A DNA stretch of 64,000 nucleotides from an uncultured Planctomycetaceae bacterium (GCA_963815195.1 CAWFGE010000010.1:256001-320000); one strand, 5' to 3'; positions 19,806 to 33,178 are shown, numbered from the stretch's first letter. Notes: generated by a model from the sequence alone, not told the origin. Program-made: numbers and translations.

Positions 19806-21665
19806 CTATGAGCCTTTGAGCAGCTCGACCGTGTGCTGCGTCGCGCGTTTGACGTAATCGTGCTTGCTCTGTTTCGCCGCTTTTTCGAGTTCCGGGAGGG
19901 CCGCCTTCGCGGGTGCGCCGATGACCTCCAAAACGTTCGCCGCCCGCAGCGCCACCCATTGGTTGTCGTGATCCAGCAGCACGCCGAGGTGCTTCACGGC
20001 TTTGTCGGTTTCGCCCAGCGTCCACAACGCCTCCGCCGCGGCGATTTGCACGTCGGGGGATTCATCGCTGAGCCGTTTTTCCAACAGCGGTTTGACCGCG
20101 GGATCTTTGGCCGCCTTCTCACCCAGAATTACCGCCCCGGTCGCGGCCCAGTAGCGGACCACAGGACTTTCATCCTGCAAAAGGTCGGGGAGGATGATCT
20201 GGAACGCGGCGAGTTGTTTCGCATTACCGGTCGCGAGTTCCACGAGCGGCAAGATCCGCTCGAGCGGATACCGCTTCTCATCGCGGACCAATTCATAAAT
20301 CGAAGACCCTTCCGCTTCCCGCACCATCTCGCCTTCGGGAATAAAACCCGAATCGCGAATCGCCAAAAGATGCTCCTGATTCGCCTCCCGCAGGCGCTCC
20401 AACGCGTCGGTAAATCTCGGATCGTTCGCCAGGTTGTGGACTTCCCAGGGGTCGGCTTTCGTATCGTAAAGCTCTTCCGGCGGCTTGGGTTCCCAGAAGA
20501 ACCTCTGCGGGCCGACGCATTTCCCGGCTTTGTACGCCGACTCCCAAGACACCGTCGTCGCCATCTTCCACAGGTATTGCAGATGCTGCCCGTAGATGCG
20601 GTGCGGGTTGTAGTTGCGGATGTATTTGAACCTTTTGTCGCGCACGGCCCGTGAGAAGTCGTACCGCTCGTCCATGCGGCCGCGGAGATGATAAACGTAC
20701 TCCCTCGGCTTCGTCGTCTGTTCGCCCAAGAATGCCTGGCCCTGCAGGTGGTCGGGCACGCGAATGCCCGCGAGGCTCAAGAGCGTGGGGGCAAAATCGA
20801 CAAAGCTCACCAACCGGTCCGTCCGCGAACCGGCACCGCTGGGCGCCAGGTGGGCGAAGTTCTTGCCGAAGCGGACAATCAAAGGCACATGCACGCCGGT
20901 GTCGTACAGAAAGCGTTTGGACCGCGTGAGAATCCCGCCGTGGTCGGAATAGTAAAACACGATGGTGTCATCTTTGAGGCCGTCTTTTTCGAGCCGATCC
21001 AGAATCTCCCCGACCTCGCCGTCCATGCGGGTGATGATTTTATGGTACATCGCCCAGTTCGCCCGGATCTCCGGCGTGTCGGGATGATAGGGCGGGATCG
21101 TGACTTTGGCCTCGAACAGGCTTTTATCCAGCGGCTTGTGCAGCGAGCTTTCGTGGCTCGTGCCCAGGTTATAGACCGCAAAAAACGGCTGGCCGGCTTT
21201 CCGCTTGTGATAATCGCCCTTGGTCATCTGGTTCCACGCATCTTGCTGATACGGGCTGAGGTTGTAGTCGGTTTTGGAGTTGTTCGAGCAGTAATAGCCG
21301 GCGTCTTTGAGGTACTGGGAATAAAACGGAATCTTTTCGGGCGGGACGTAGTTTTTGCTCCGCATGTGCTGCGTGCCGAGGGAACTCGCATACATGCCGG
21401 TGATGAGCGTGCAGCGGTTCGGAGCGCACACGGGCACGTTGGCGAAGGCGTTTTCGTACAAAATTCCCTCGGACGCCAACTGGTCGAGCCGGGGCGTGTG
21501 GGCGTCTTCGCAGCCGTAGCAGCCGAGGTACGTGGAGTTGTCTTCGGAGACGATCCACAAAATGTTGGGCTTCTTCGGCGCATCTTGGGCCGAAACCAGT
21601 GAAGTCAAACCGCCGCACAGAAGCGCGGCGGCGACAAGGTGTTTCAAAACAAGTTTGGGATGCAT
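19806..21665 (-). CDS. Exported formylglycine-dependent sulfatase with C-terminal HEAT repeats
   Basis: Signal peptide, PNILWIVSED, CAPNR (CxPxR), SDHG and ELYD...DPWE; HEAT-like repeats at the C-terminus. Confidence 0.92.
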   Translation of the reverse strand: MHPKLVLKHLVAAALLCGGLTSLVSAQDAPKKPNILWIVSEDNSTYLGCYGCEDAHTPRLDQLASEGILYENAFANVPVCAPNRCTLITGMYASSLGTQHMRSKNYVPPEKIPFYSQYLKDAGYYCSNNSKTDYNLSPYQQDAWNQMTKGDYHKRKAGQPFFAVYNLGTSHESSLHKPLDKSLFEAKVTIPPYHPDTPEIRANWAMYHKIITRMDGEVGEILDRLEKDGLKDDTIVFYYSDHGGILTRSKRFLYDTGVHVPLIVRFGKNFAHLAPSGAGSRTDRLVSFVDFAPTLLSLAGIRVPDHLQGQAFLGEQTTKPREYVYHLRGRMDERYDFSRAVRDKRFKYIRNYNPHRIYGQHLQYLWKMATTVSWESAYKAGKCVGPQRFFWEPKPPEELYDTKADPWEVHNLANDPRFTDALERLREANQEHLLAIRDSGFIPEGEMVREAEGSSIYELVRDEKRYPLERILPLVELATGNAKQLAAFQIILPDLLQDESPVVRYWAATGAVILGEKAAKDPAVKPLLEKRLSDESPDVQIAAAEALWTLGETDKAVKHLGVLLDHDNQWVALRAANVLEVIGAPAKAALPELEKAAKQSKHDYVKRATQHTVELLKGS

Positions 21666-21809
21666 CAATCCGTCCTCTCCGGTGCCGGGTGAAAAATTGC
21701 CGTCTCGGTTTTGCGAAGGAGTTCTGGTCCCATTATGACCGCTCGCTGTTTGGCCGCAAGCATTGCGGCGGTTCGTTGCCAACCGGGGAGAGATTGCTAT
21801 GGTAGGCGG

Positions 21810-22967
21810 ATGCTCGCTGTCGTTCTTTCGTTCGATCAATTCCCGCTTCGGCTGTTGGGGTGTTATGGAGACCCGGCGGTCCGCACGCCCACGTTCAACC
21901 GCATGGCGGCGGCCGGGTTCGTGTTCGATCAGCACTTCGGCGAGGATTTTTCGCGTGCTCCGGCCGGGCACGCGTGGTGGAGCGGGTGTTATCATTTTCC
22001 CCGCGCGGAATCGCCGCTGGTTTCCAAGAGGCCTTCGCTGCCCAGGCTATTGAACGAAGCCGGCGTCGAGACCCGCTGGATGGCCGATGAGGTTTCCTCG
22101 CCGCTCGTTCCCTGCCCGGAGGGTCCGCTCACCCAGGTCGATTCCTTCGCGGACCTTATACATCACGGGACCGAGGTTGTGAGCGAATGGGCGAATGACG
22201 ACCGCCCCCGCTTACTCTGGCTCAAAGCGGGCAACTCGGCCTGGGAAACTCAAAACCGGCCGACCGAGGCCCCCAACCAAGCCGAGTGGTCCCATGAAGA
22301 TTGGGCTGTCTACCGGGGCGCGATGACCGCCTGCGTGGAGCAAATCGACGGACTCCTGGAGCCGTTTTGGGACCAGGTGCGCAAATTGGCGGCCATGCAT
22401 TCGGTTTTATTTCTCTTCACCGCCAGCCGCGGGATGCCGCTGGGAGAGCGGGCGTCCATGTCATCATCCCAGGCAAATTGGGGCGAGGAATCCGTACATC
22501 TGCCACTGCTGGTGTTTCTCTCCGGAGTGGAAGGGGGCGAAAGGCGGCAGGTGTTCACTCAAACGCTGGATTTGCCGGCAATGCTGCTGGAATTCCTGGC
22601 ACAAAACCCGCAGGCTGCGATGGAAGGCTTGAGTTTTTTGCCGACTTTTTTTGAAAAAAAACTCGAAAAACAGCGGGAATACATAACTTGTGGCTGTGAT
22701 GGGACTTGGGACGCGATCCGCACCCAGGAATTCCATCTGGTCCGCCTACTGGACCGGGAAAATCCCGATACGCCCACGGCTTGTTTATTTCTCAAACCGG
22801 ACGATATTTGGGACCGGCACGATGGGGCGGCCCAAGAGCCGGAGATGACGGAAATCCTTTCTGCGGAATTAGATGCGTTTGAGGACGCCGCCAAAAACCA
22901 ATGCCCGCTCCCCAGGGATTTGCCCGGTTTGGCCGCGCGGATTTGTAAGGAAAAGAAGCCGGGTTAA
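21810..22967 (+). CDS. Sulfatase/alkaline-phosphatase superfamily protein with degenerate active site
   Basis: LGCYG...RTP.F..MA..G.VF, VHLPL and TLDLPA motifs are present, but CxPxR reads RAPAG and SDHG reads ASRG. Confidence 0.75.
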   Translation: MLAVVLSFDQFPLRLLGCYGDPAVRTPTFNRMAAAGFVFDQHFGEDFSRAPAGHAWWSGCYHFPRAESPLVSKRPSLPRLLNEAGVETRWMADEVSSPLVPCPEGPLTQVDSFADLIHHGTEVVSEWANDDRPRLLWLKAGNSAWETQNRPTEAPNQAEWSHEDWAVYRGAMTACVEQIDGLLEPFWDQVRKLAAMHSVLFLFTASRGMPLGERASMSSSQANWGEESVHLPLLVFLSGVEGGERRQVFTQTLDLPAMLLEFLAQNPQAAMEGLSFLPTFFEKKLEKQREYITCGCDGTWDAIRTQEFHLVRLLDRENPDTPTACLFLKPDDIWDRHDGAAQEPEMTEILSAELDAFEDAAKNQCPLPRDLPGLAARICKEKKPG

Positions 22968-23194
22968 ATAGAGGGATTGGTTTTTCCGTGAATTCTTGGT
23001 GAGGTTTCCGCCTGTGGTTCGTCGTTTCGTTGCGGGAAATTCCGCGCCGTGTTCCAGCCCACCGAATTGAAACCCGGCACCCAATCTGCTCGAATGGATT
23101 CAGCGGAATTTTTTTCCCGACTTCCCAATTCCGCCATTTTCCAAAGACTCCGTCTTTTCCTCCCGGCACTCATTCTTGAAGGAAAACGCCTCTT

Positions 23195-24256
<1,062 letters not shown>

Positions 24257-25144
24257 GGAACTGTCCCGCATCGGGCGGCTGGAGGTCCGGGCCCGGCACA
24301 TCGTGGAAGGCTTTATCACCGGGATTCACCGCAGCCCCTATTTCGGGCAGTCGGTCGAGTTCGTGCAGCACCGCGAATACACCCCCGGCGACGATGTCCG
24401 CCGCATCGATTGGAAAGTCTGGTCCAAGACCGACAAGTACTACCTCAAGTTGTTCGAAGAGGACACCAACCTGCGGACCACGCTGGTCGTGGACCTCAGC
24501 GAATCGATGATGTTCGGCTCCTCCAAAAAGGGCATGAACAAATACGAATACGGCTGCACCATCGCCGCGGCTCTCGCGTACCTCCTGCTCAAGCAGCAGG
24601 ACGCGGTGAGCCTCGTCGCATTCGACGAGGGCATCCGCAAGGTCGTCCCGCCCCGCAGCCGGCAGAACCATTTGTTCGCGCTGCTCGCGGCGCTCGATTC
24701 GGAAAACCCCGAAAAGAAAACGGACATGTACGATGTTCTGAAGTACGTGGCCGAGGAAAAAAACCAGAAGGGGATGGTAATCCTGATTTCCGATTTGTTC
24801 GTGCCGCGGGAACCTTTGTTTAAGGGGCTGAAGTTGCTCCGGCATCGCGGGCACGACGTGATGTTGTTTCACGTGATGGATGACGAGGAACTCGACTTCA
24901 ACTACGCCGGCACCACGAAGTTTTTGGGCATGGAGGAAATGGGCGATTTGGTGTGCGATCCCCGCGCCTGCGGCAGGGCTATCAAGATGCGGTCCGGGAT
25001 TTTCTGGACGGCCTGAAAACGCACTGTGCGAAGAACCTGATCGATTATCAGACCATCCGCACGAGCGAATACCTCGACGCCGCGCTCGCCCACTACATGA
25101 ACCACCGCCTCGGCATGCGGCAGACGGTGCGGAACTAATGACTA

Positions 25145-25375
25145 ATGACCAGCATCGGGGCGAACTATGGCGAAGCCGATGAATCGGGCACGAAGAAGGA
25201 GTTTCGTTACCCGAGCAGTTTGTGCACACGTGAAGCGCGCGAGACAAAGCATTCGCTGCGGATGCTCGTTGCTGCGGCGCCTGGACGAAAAGAAGCCGCC
25301 CGTGTTTTCTGGAAAGAAGCCAACGAATTGACCCTCATCTTCGCGGCAATCCATCGAAATAGCAACGACGGCTAG
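25145..25375 (+). pseudogene. 5'-truncated four-helix-bundle protein (TIGR02436-like) remnant
   Basis: SIGANYGEA....TKKEF......REARETK..L and EANEL..IF match the C-terminal part of the family; the N-terminal helix is absent. Flanked by aatgact/aatgacc and inverted ggtcatt heptamers. Confidence 0.75.
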
Positions 25376-25459
25376 TCGCCAATGCCTTCATTGGTCATTG
25401 GGATTTGGTCATTGGTCATTACTAGATTTTTAAATAGATTCTTGCTGTAGATAAAACTC

Positions 25460-27845
25460 ATGGGACCACTCGTTACCGCAATCTCGCCGTTCTTTATGCA
25501 CCCGGTGATGTTCGCCGTGGGCAGCACGCTGGTGGCTTCGCCGATCATCATCCATCTCATCAACCGCATGCGGTTTCGCCGGGTGCGGTTTGCGGCGATG
25601 GAGTTTTTGCTTCAGGCCGAGCAGCGAAACCGCCGGCGGCTGCTGCTCGAGCAGCTTTTGCTGCTCTTGTTGCGGATTTTGATTGTGCTGGCGATTTTGG
25701 CGCTTTTGGCCCGGCTGATTTTGGATCCCCGGCTGACCGTGTTCGGCGGCGAAGGCAAAGCCCATCATCTGGTCGTCCTGGACGACTCCGCCTCCATGTG
25801 GAACCGCTGGGGCGACACCACCGCGTTTGAAGAAGCCAAGAAAGTCATCCGCAAGCTGGTCCGCGAAGGCGCCAATCGCCCGCAGACGCAGAAGTTCTCG
25901 ATGGTCCTGCTCTCGAAGCCCAACGATTTCTTCATCGCCGAGAAAGACGTCGATGATGAACTGCTCCGGGATCTGGAAGAGAAGCTCGAAAACCTGACGC
26001 CCTCGTACCGCCGGCCCGATTTGCTCGCCGGGATGGAAATCGCCGGCCAGCATCTGCGGAAGGACCGCGCGGTCATCAAGCATTTGCACGTCTTGTCCGA
26101 CTTCCGCGAAGAGGATTGGCAAGGCAAAGAAGCCTTGGGCGATGTGATGTCCAAACTGAGCGACGACAACATCTCCATCAATCTGATCCGCAGCGTGGAG
26201 CAGCAGCTCCCGAACCTGGGGCTGACGACTCTCGACGGCGATCTGCACGCGGCCGCGGTGGGCGTGCCGGTGCGTCTGAAAATCGGCGTGACGAATTTCG
26301 GCAGCCAGGTCGTCGAGAATGTCCGCGCCACCGTTGTGGTGGACGGCGAAAAACTGCCCCTCAGCGTGTCGTTCCCCAAGATCGAAGGCGGGCAGGAAGA
26401 CGTGGAAATCCAGGATTTGACCTTCAATACCGAAGGCCTGCACCGCGTGCAGGTCCAGTTGGAGGATGATTCCCTCAAATCGGACAACGAGCGATATTCT
26501 GTCGCTCAACATCCCGCTCAAGAACAACGTGCTGCTCGTGTCGGGAAACACGGTGGGCGACGATGTGCTGACGACGCAGATCGCCCTCGCTCCCACAGAG
26601 GACCTCACGGGGATTTCGTCGGTCATCGTGCAGCCGGACTTTCTGCGAAGGGAGTCTCTCGCGAGGTTCCGTTCGATCTATATGATCAACGTTCCCGAAA
26701 TCCCCCCCGATGCGCTGCCGCAGTTGGAATCCTTCGTCCGCGGCGGCGGCGGGCTGGTGTGGTTCCTGGGCGAGAACATCAAGGTCGATCACTACAACAA
26801 AGTCCTCGCCAAGATGGAACTCAACAAAGAGAACCAACTCGTGCGGCTCGAGGATTCGCTGTTTCCCGTGATGCTCGGCAACACGCATGTCGAGTTGGAG
26901 CGCGACGAGACCGTCACGGCTCCGGATTTGAGCTTTGCTTCCCATCCGATCTTCAACAACACCTTCAAGAAGGACAACCCGCTCATCGCGGGCGTGACGG
27001 TGACGGGCTACATGCCGGTGGTGAAGGAGTGGATCAAGGACGATGCCCAGCGGAAAGACGGCGTGACGACCGTGGGCTACACCCGCGACGGGGCTCCGAT
27101 TGCGTTCGATCACCGCTTCGGCAAGGGGCGGGTGATGACGTTTCTCACCTCGGCCGGTGCGCCGTGGAACAACCTCGAAAAGACCCCCGTGTTTGCCCTG
27201 TTGATTCAAGAGATGCAAAAATACGTCGCCCGGCCGGATGAGGAAAAACGCGCCCGGCAGATCGGCGAGCCGATCGAACTCGAACTGCCCGCGCTCGATT
27301 ACGATCCCGAAATGGAATGGATCCTGCCCGGCACCCAAGGCACCAGGCCCCATACGATGGAACGCCGGGAAGGCGAGCCGCAATCCGCAGCGGACGGCGC
27401 GGGCCAGAAAACCACCGAGACACCGACCGAAGCGGCTCCCCAAGACGGCGAAGCCCCGGACGCGGCTCTTTCCGAGGAAAAGCCCACGAACACGGCGTAT
27501 TTGTACGGCCGGTATAACGATACCGATTTCGCCGGGATCTACGGCTATAAAGTCCGGCCGCTGATCGAGGGACTGCCGGACAAGGGCGAGTTCGCGTACA
27601 ATGTGGCTCCCGAAGAAGGCAGCATGAAGCTCGCCACCGATGAGGAAATCCGCAAGCATCTCGAGCCCGAAGCCCGCGTGGCGATTCGCGAATACGGCGA
27701 TACCAGCTACATCGACGAGGGCGTGGATCCCGGACAGGAAGTCCGCAACTACCTGATGTATCTCCTGTTGTTTTTGTTGATTGCCGAGCAGGCGATGGCC
27801 TATCGGCTCAGTTATCACCCCGAAACGGCGGAAGCCCCCGCATGA
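25460..27845 (+). CDS. BatA-type N-terminal double-TM plus vWA domain membrane protein (frameshift near 26498)
   Basis: PIIIHLINR.RFRRV.FAAMEFL and LLLLLR (BatA), DDSASM MIDAS, SDF. Continues in ORF 26466..27845, which ends with a TM helix (LL..LLIAEQ). Confidence 0.85.
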
Positions 27846-30434
27846 CCCCTGTGCTCAGTCCACTGATGAATTCCCCGCTCCTGGTATGGGCCGCCGAAGA
27901 AACCGGCACAACCACGGAGAAATTCCAGTACGACCTGCCCAAGACGTTCGAGCAATGGCTGTTGCTCGTGGTCGTCGCGGTGGCGCTCGTGGCGTATGTC
28001 GTCTGGATGTATATCCGCGACACGCGGACGATGCACTGGTTTTGGCGCGGCTGGCTGACGGTTCTTAGGCTCGCCGTCGTCGCGGGGCTCGCGGTGATCT
28101 TTCTCAATCCGCATATCCGCAGCCAGGAAACCGTCTACCGCCCGTCGCAGGTGGCGATTGTCCCGGACATCTCGTTGTCGATGCGGTTTCCCGCCGAGGA
28201 CCGCACGGACGCCGGCACCCTGCCGCCCGGCACCGAAGTCTCGCGCCGATGCGGTGGCCAAGTTGCTGGCGGACACGCCTCTCTTGGAGAAGCTCAGCGA
28301 AACGCACCAGGTGAAGTTTTTTACGTTGGGGCAACGCCTCGAAGAAAGCCGGCCGGATCTCCAGGCCAAAAACGATCCCCTCATCCAAAAGAAACTTGCG
28401 GAAGAGGCCAAACAGGAACCAGCCGGCCACCAGCCCAAGGCCGAAGAGAAAAAAACCGATCTCAAGTCCCTGGACGATTGGAACACGGAACTTAAACCCC
28501 GCGACCAGGTCACGCGGCTGGGCGAATCATTGCTCGAGTTGATGCGGACGTTCCGGGGCGATACGGTCTCGGGGATTGTGATTTTCACCGACGGCGGATT
28601 GAACGCCGGGGCCGGTTACGAAAGCATCATCCAAGCCGCGAAAGACGCCGGCGGCCGCAAGGGGGCGAATTTGAAAATCTTCGCGGTGGGCGTGGGCAGC
28701 ACGAAGCCGCAGCCGAACCTTCGCATCGCCAATTTGGAAGCCCCCACGCAGGTGCATACGAAGGACAAGTTTGAGATCATCACCCGCCTGCAGGGGCAGA
28801 ACCTGGAAGGCAAGGAAGTTGAGGTGATCCTCAAAGCGCAATACGACGAAGGCGGTTCGCTGTCGACGCCCCGCGAGGTCGCCCGCAAGACGGTGACGCT
28901 CGGCAAGGTTGGCATGGCGGAAAAGGTCAGCTTCGATCAGGCCCTCGAGGAAACCGCCACCCTTCGCTACACCGTGGAAGCCAACCTGCTCGATCCGGTC
29001 GCGGAACTCAAGAAGGACGACAACGTGAAGAGCGCAAATGTGGTCATCAGCGACCGCAAGACCCGCGTGCTGTTGGTGGCCGGCGGTCCGATGCGCGACT
29101 ACCGGTTCTTGTGCTCGATCGTCGCGCGGAACCCGTCGTTCCGCGGTCGGGCGTTTCTGCAAACGGTCGATCCGGCCACGTTCGAGTCCGTCAGCCAGAA
29201 CCTGGAACTGATCGACGAGTTTCCCTCGACGATGGAAGAGCTCAACGGTTCGGCCGACGCGAACGACGACACCAAGGGCTACGATGTCATCGTGTTCTTC
29301 GATCCGGATTGGAAATCGCTCCACGATCTCCAGCCGCAGGCGATTCCGCTGCTCCAGCGGTGGGTCAGCGACTTCTCCGGCGGGGTGATTTTCGTGGCGG
29401 GCGACGTTTATACGCCGGACCTGGCCGCGGCGGGCGATGCGGGCGACAGCCTGGAGCCGGTGCATATCCTGTATCCCGTGTTCCTAAGCGCGAGTTCGTT
29501 CTTCGATTTGCAGTTGGACAACGATTCCGATCAGCCCTGGCACGTGAAGATGACCGACGCCGGCTATGCCGCGAGCTTTTTGCAGGTCACCGACAACCCC
29601 TCCGAGAACCGCGACTTCTGGGACGAGGAGTTCGAGGGCTTTTACCGCTGCTATCCCACGGCCGGGGCGAAGACCGGGGCGACGGTGTATGCCACCTTCC
29701 CGGACACCCGCCTCGTCGAAGGCAGCGGTCCGCCGATTTTGATCGCCTCGCAGATGTACGGCTCGGGCAAGTCGATGTACCTCGGCAGCGGCGAAACCTG
29801 GCGGCTGCGGGCGGTCTCGAACACCTACCACGAACGGCTGTGGACCAAGCTGATCCGCGAAGCCGGCGAAGGCCGGCGGAGCAAAGGCCGCAGCCCCGTC
29901 AGCCTCGCCGTCGAGAAAGAAGTCCAGCTCGGCACCAACGTCCGCGTGGAAGCGGAAGTCATGGACGCCACCTTCCAGCCGACCGAATACGATTCCGTCA
30001 AGGCGCAGCTCATCAATCCGCGGGGCGATGTCGTGTTTCCGGAACCGCAACTCTACCGCGACAAAAACCGGCCCGGCGTTTACATCGGCAACTTCCGCGC
30101 GACCGAGCTCGGCTGGTACACGCTCAAAATGCCCATCCCCGGCACCGAAAGCTACCGCGAAGAATCCGTGCAGGTCGTGTTCCCCGGCCTCGAAGACGTG
30201 GACACCGAGCAGGCCGTCGCCAAGCTGGCCGATTTGGCCCGGCAGACCGGCGGGCGATACCTCACCCTCCAAGATGCCGCCGAGGAGCTCCCCAAGCTGC
30301 TCAAAGACAAACACAAGATTGTCCCCGTGGACCAGCGAATCCAAACCCTCTGGGACCGCGATTGGGTGCTGTACGCCTTGGTCGCGGTGCTGTCCGTGGA
30401 ATGGCTGACAAGGAAACTATTGAAGTTGGCATAA
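27842..30434 (+). CDS. vWA plus glutamine-amidotransferase-like membrane protein (frameshift near 28228)
   Basis: N-terminal TMs and DISLSM MIDAS in ORF 27842..28495; TDG, YG.G....ETWR and C-terminal LW......EWLTRK in ORF 28158..30434. Confidence 0.82.
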
Positions 30435-30505
30435 CCGGGAACTTGAACCGCAGGAATCGCGTCTGATCCATAGACGACTTTGAAAAACATTCAGCGAGAG
30501 ACATC

Positions 30506-33178
30506 ATGGCCACTGCCCTCGAACCCAACATTCGGCCGGAAATTGAAGCCGTCCTGGCGCGGCTGCGGGCGAAGATCCGCACGTATGTCTTTCTGGAAGG
30601 CACGGCGTGGGTGATCGCGGCTTTGGGGGCCGTGTTCTGGATCACGCTCGCCCTCAACTGGGCCTATTTCAAAGTCAGTAACCTGGAACTGCCGGTGTGG
30701 TTCCGGATGGTGATCGACATCGCCGCGATTTCCTTCCTCGCCGGCTGCCTGATGATCTGGCTCGTGCAGCGGCTGCTCAAAAACATGCGGACGAAAGCTT
30801 TGGCGCTGGTCTTGGAGCGGCGGTTCCCGGAACTCGACGACCGGCTGATCACGGCCGTGGAAGTCGCCGAGTCCACCACCGGCAAAGAAAGCGCCTTCAC
30901 CACGACGCTGCTCCACCGCACGATCGCCGACGTCAGCGAAGCCGCCCACCGGCTGGAAGTCAGCGACGTGTTCGCCAAGCGTCCGCTGCGAAGCGCGATG
31001 CTCGCGGCGGTCGTGTTCACGGCCTCGATCGCGGGCTTCGGGTTTCTCAATCAGCGGGCCTTCGGCTACTGGTACCAGGCCTTCTTCGGCCTCCGCGAGG
31101 AATATTGGGACCGCGAAACGCTCCTCGTGCCCCGCGTGATCGCCAGCTCGGACGAGCGGGTCAAAGAGTTTCGCGAAGTCGACGGCGAGATCGTCTACAA
31201 GCACCCCCGCGGCGAGGACTTCACCCTGTCCGTCATCGTGCCCAAGCCGGACGAAAAAGCCGGCAAAGATTGGGTCGTCCCGGCGGATGTCGAATGGGAT
31301 TACACCCTCTCCAACGGCCGCGGCGGGGCTACGCTCAACATGAGCAAAACCGGCGACCGGGAATTTCGGCAAACGGTGTCGAACCTGTTGGACAGCATGA
31401 CCTTCAGCATCCGCGGCCACGACTTCGTCAACCGCAGGCCGATCCGCGTGCAGATCGTCGATCCGCCCGTCATCGACCAGATGAAGCTCGAACGCAACTA
31501 CCCCGACTACACCGGCCTCAACCAGGAGTTCGCCCCGCGGGACGAAGACGAGCGGAAGCAGCGCGAGCGAGAGAAGCTCGTCTTGGGCTCCCACGTTTCG
31601 CTGCCGATGGAAACCGAGATCATAATGGAAGCCACGTCGAACAAGCCGCTCGTGGGCGTGCGGGTCGAGGGGCAGAACTTCCGCTTGACGGTCAAAGCCG
31701 CCCGCAAAAACGGCAAGGGCCTGGCCCAGCCCGGCTCCGCGAAGCTCGAACTTCTGGCGCAGGACGGCGTGCCCATGCTCGAACTCCCGCTGGCCCAGGG
31801 TTTCGCCGACCGTTGCCTGAAGGCCGGCGAAAAAACGTTTCATCTGCCGTTGGTCCTGGCGACGGATGCGGCCCTCAAGATGATGCCCCCGGGCTTGCCG
31901 CTCGCGGCCGACTTGGAGCGGGGCTTTTTAGTCAATCCGGTTTTGCAAGTCGCGGAGATCGCGGCCTGGCATACGACGCCCATCGAGCAAATCCCGCTGC
32001 CGTCGAATGCGCTTTTGCGAATCTTCCTCGAAGACACGGACGACATTCTCAGCAGCGAACCGTCCCGGATGACGATCAACGGCATCGTCGACGAGCCGCC
32101 CGAGCACAGCCTGGACTTCATCGGCATCGGCGAGTTCATCACCGACAAGGCCCAGATCCCCGTCCAGGGCAAGATCACCGACGACTACGGCGTCGCCAAG
32201 GCCCGGTTCGAATACCAGTTGATGACCGACGACGGCCAGTTGCTCACGGGCCCGGATTGGGTGCCGGTCGAGTTCGAAAACCCGCCCAACGCCGAGCCCA
32301 AAGAGTACAAGCTCCAACTCGCGCACGATGCCGCCGACCCCAAAGACGATGAACCTTTCGAGCGGTTCGACGTCTCGAAGATTCTGTTTCAGGACGCCAA
32401 CGGGCCGCGGGGCATCAAGGCCGGCGACGTGTTGGTGCTGACGGTGTACTCCGAAGACGGCGACAACATCAACGGCCCGCACATCGTCCGCCAGAAGCCC
32501 AAGCCCGAATACATATTCAAAGTCGTCAGCCGCGACGAGTTGATGGCGATCTTGTACCAGAAAGAGCTGGGCCTGTTGAGCCGGTTCCAGCAGATCATCA
32601 CCGAGGTGGAAGGCGTCGAGGCCGATCTCGCCAAGGCCGGGACCGATTCGGACCAGTTCAACAAGCTCCGAGACAAACAGAACCGCACCGCGGAGGAGCA
32701 GAAGACAATGGGCGAGTTGGATTCGTCCCTCACCGCGGTTGCCACGCGGTCGATTCAGCAGATCGCCAAGAACAAGCTCGAGACCTATGCGGTCGAAGCC
32801 TCGTTCCTCGAAATCCTGGACGAGATGGCGAACAACGGTATTGAGTCGGCCAGCATGGTCGCCAAGCTGCACGAGTTGATTATCGACCCGCTGCATCGCA
32901 TCGGCGAGAACGATTTCCCCCGCGTGGACCGCTCGCTGGTGCGTTACAAAAACGTCCAGGAAAACGGGCAAAACGCCAACCAGGCCATCGGGGAAAGCCA
33001 CGACGATGTCGCGGCGATGCTCGAGAACATGCAGAAAGTGCTCGGGGAAATGCAGGAATTGGCCAGCTACCAGGAGCTGGCCAAGAACGTGCAGCAAATG
33101 ATCAACGAAACCGAAGCCGCCAAACAAAAGGCCCAGAAGGAAGCCGCGGACCAACTCAAAAAATTGAACCTGGAGTAG
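30506..33178 (+). CDS. Large membrane-anchored hypothetical protein (DUF4175-like architecture)
   Basis: Three N-terminal TMs, A..LERRFPEL.DRLITAVE, DDYG motif and a C-terminal coiled coil. Confidence 0.75.
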   Translation: MATALEPNIRPEIEAVLARLRAKIRTYVFLEGTAWVIAALGAVFWITLALNWAYFKVSNLELPVWFRMVIDIAAISFLAGCLMIWLVQRLLKNMRTKALALVLERRFPELDDRLITAVEVAESTTGKESAFTTTLLHRTIADVSEAAHRLEVSDVFAKRPLRSAMLAAVVFTASIAGFGFLNQRAFGYWYQAFFGLREEYWDRETLLVPRVIASSDERVKEFREVDGEIVYKHPRGEDFTLSVIVPKPDEKAGKDWVVPADVEWDYTLSNGRGGATLNMSKTGDREFRQTVSNLLDSMTFSIRGHDFVNRRPIRVQIVDPPVIDQMKLERNYPDYTGLNQEFAPRDEDERKQREREKLVLGSHVSLPMETEIIMEATSNKPLVGVRVEGQNFRLTVKAARKNGKGLAQPGSAKLELLAQDGVPMLELPLAQGFADRCLKAGEKTFHLPLVLATDAALKMMPPGLPLAADLERGFLVNPVLQVAEIAAWHTTPIEQIPLPSNALLRIFLEDTDDILSSEPSRMTINGIVDEPPEHSLDFIGIGEFITDKAQIPVQGKITDDYGVAKARFEYQLMTDDGQLLTGPDWVPVEFENPPNAEPKEYKLQLAHDAADPKDDEPFERFDVSKILFQDANGPRGIKAGDVLVLTVYSEDGDNINGPHIVRQKPKPEYIFKVVSRDELMAILYQKELGLLSRFQQIITEVEGVEADLAKAGTDSDQFNKLRDKQNRTAEEQKTMGELDSSLTAVATRSIQQIAKNKLETYAVEASFLEILDEMANNGIESASMVAKLHELIIDPLHRIGENDFPRVDRSLVRYKNVQENGQNANQAIGESHDDVAAMLENMQKVLGEMQELASYQELAKNVQQMINETEAAKQKAQKEAADQLKKLNLE

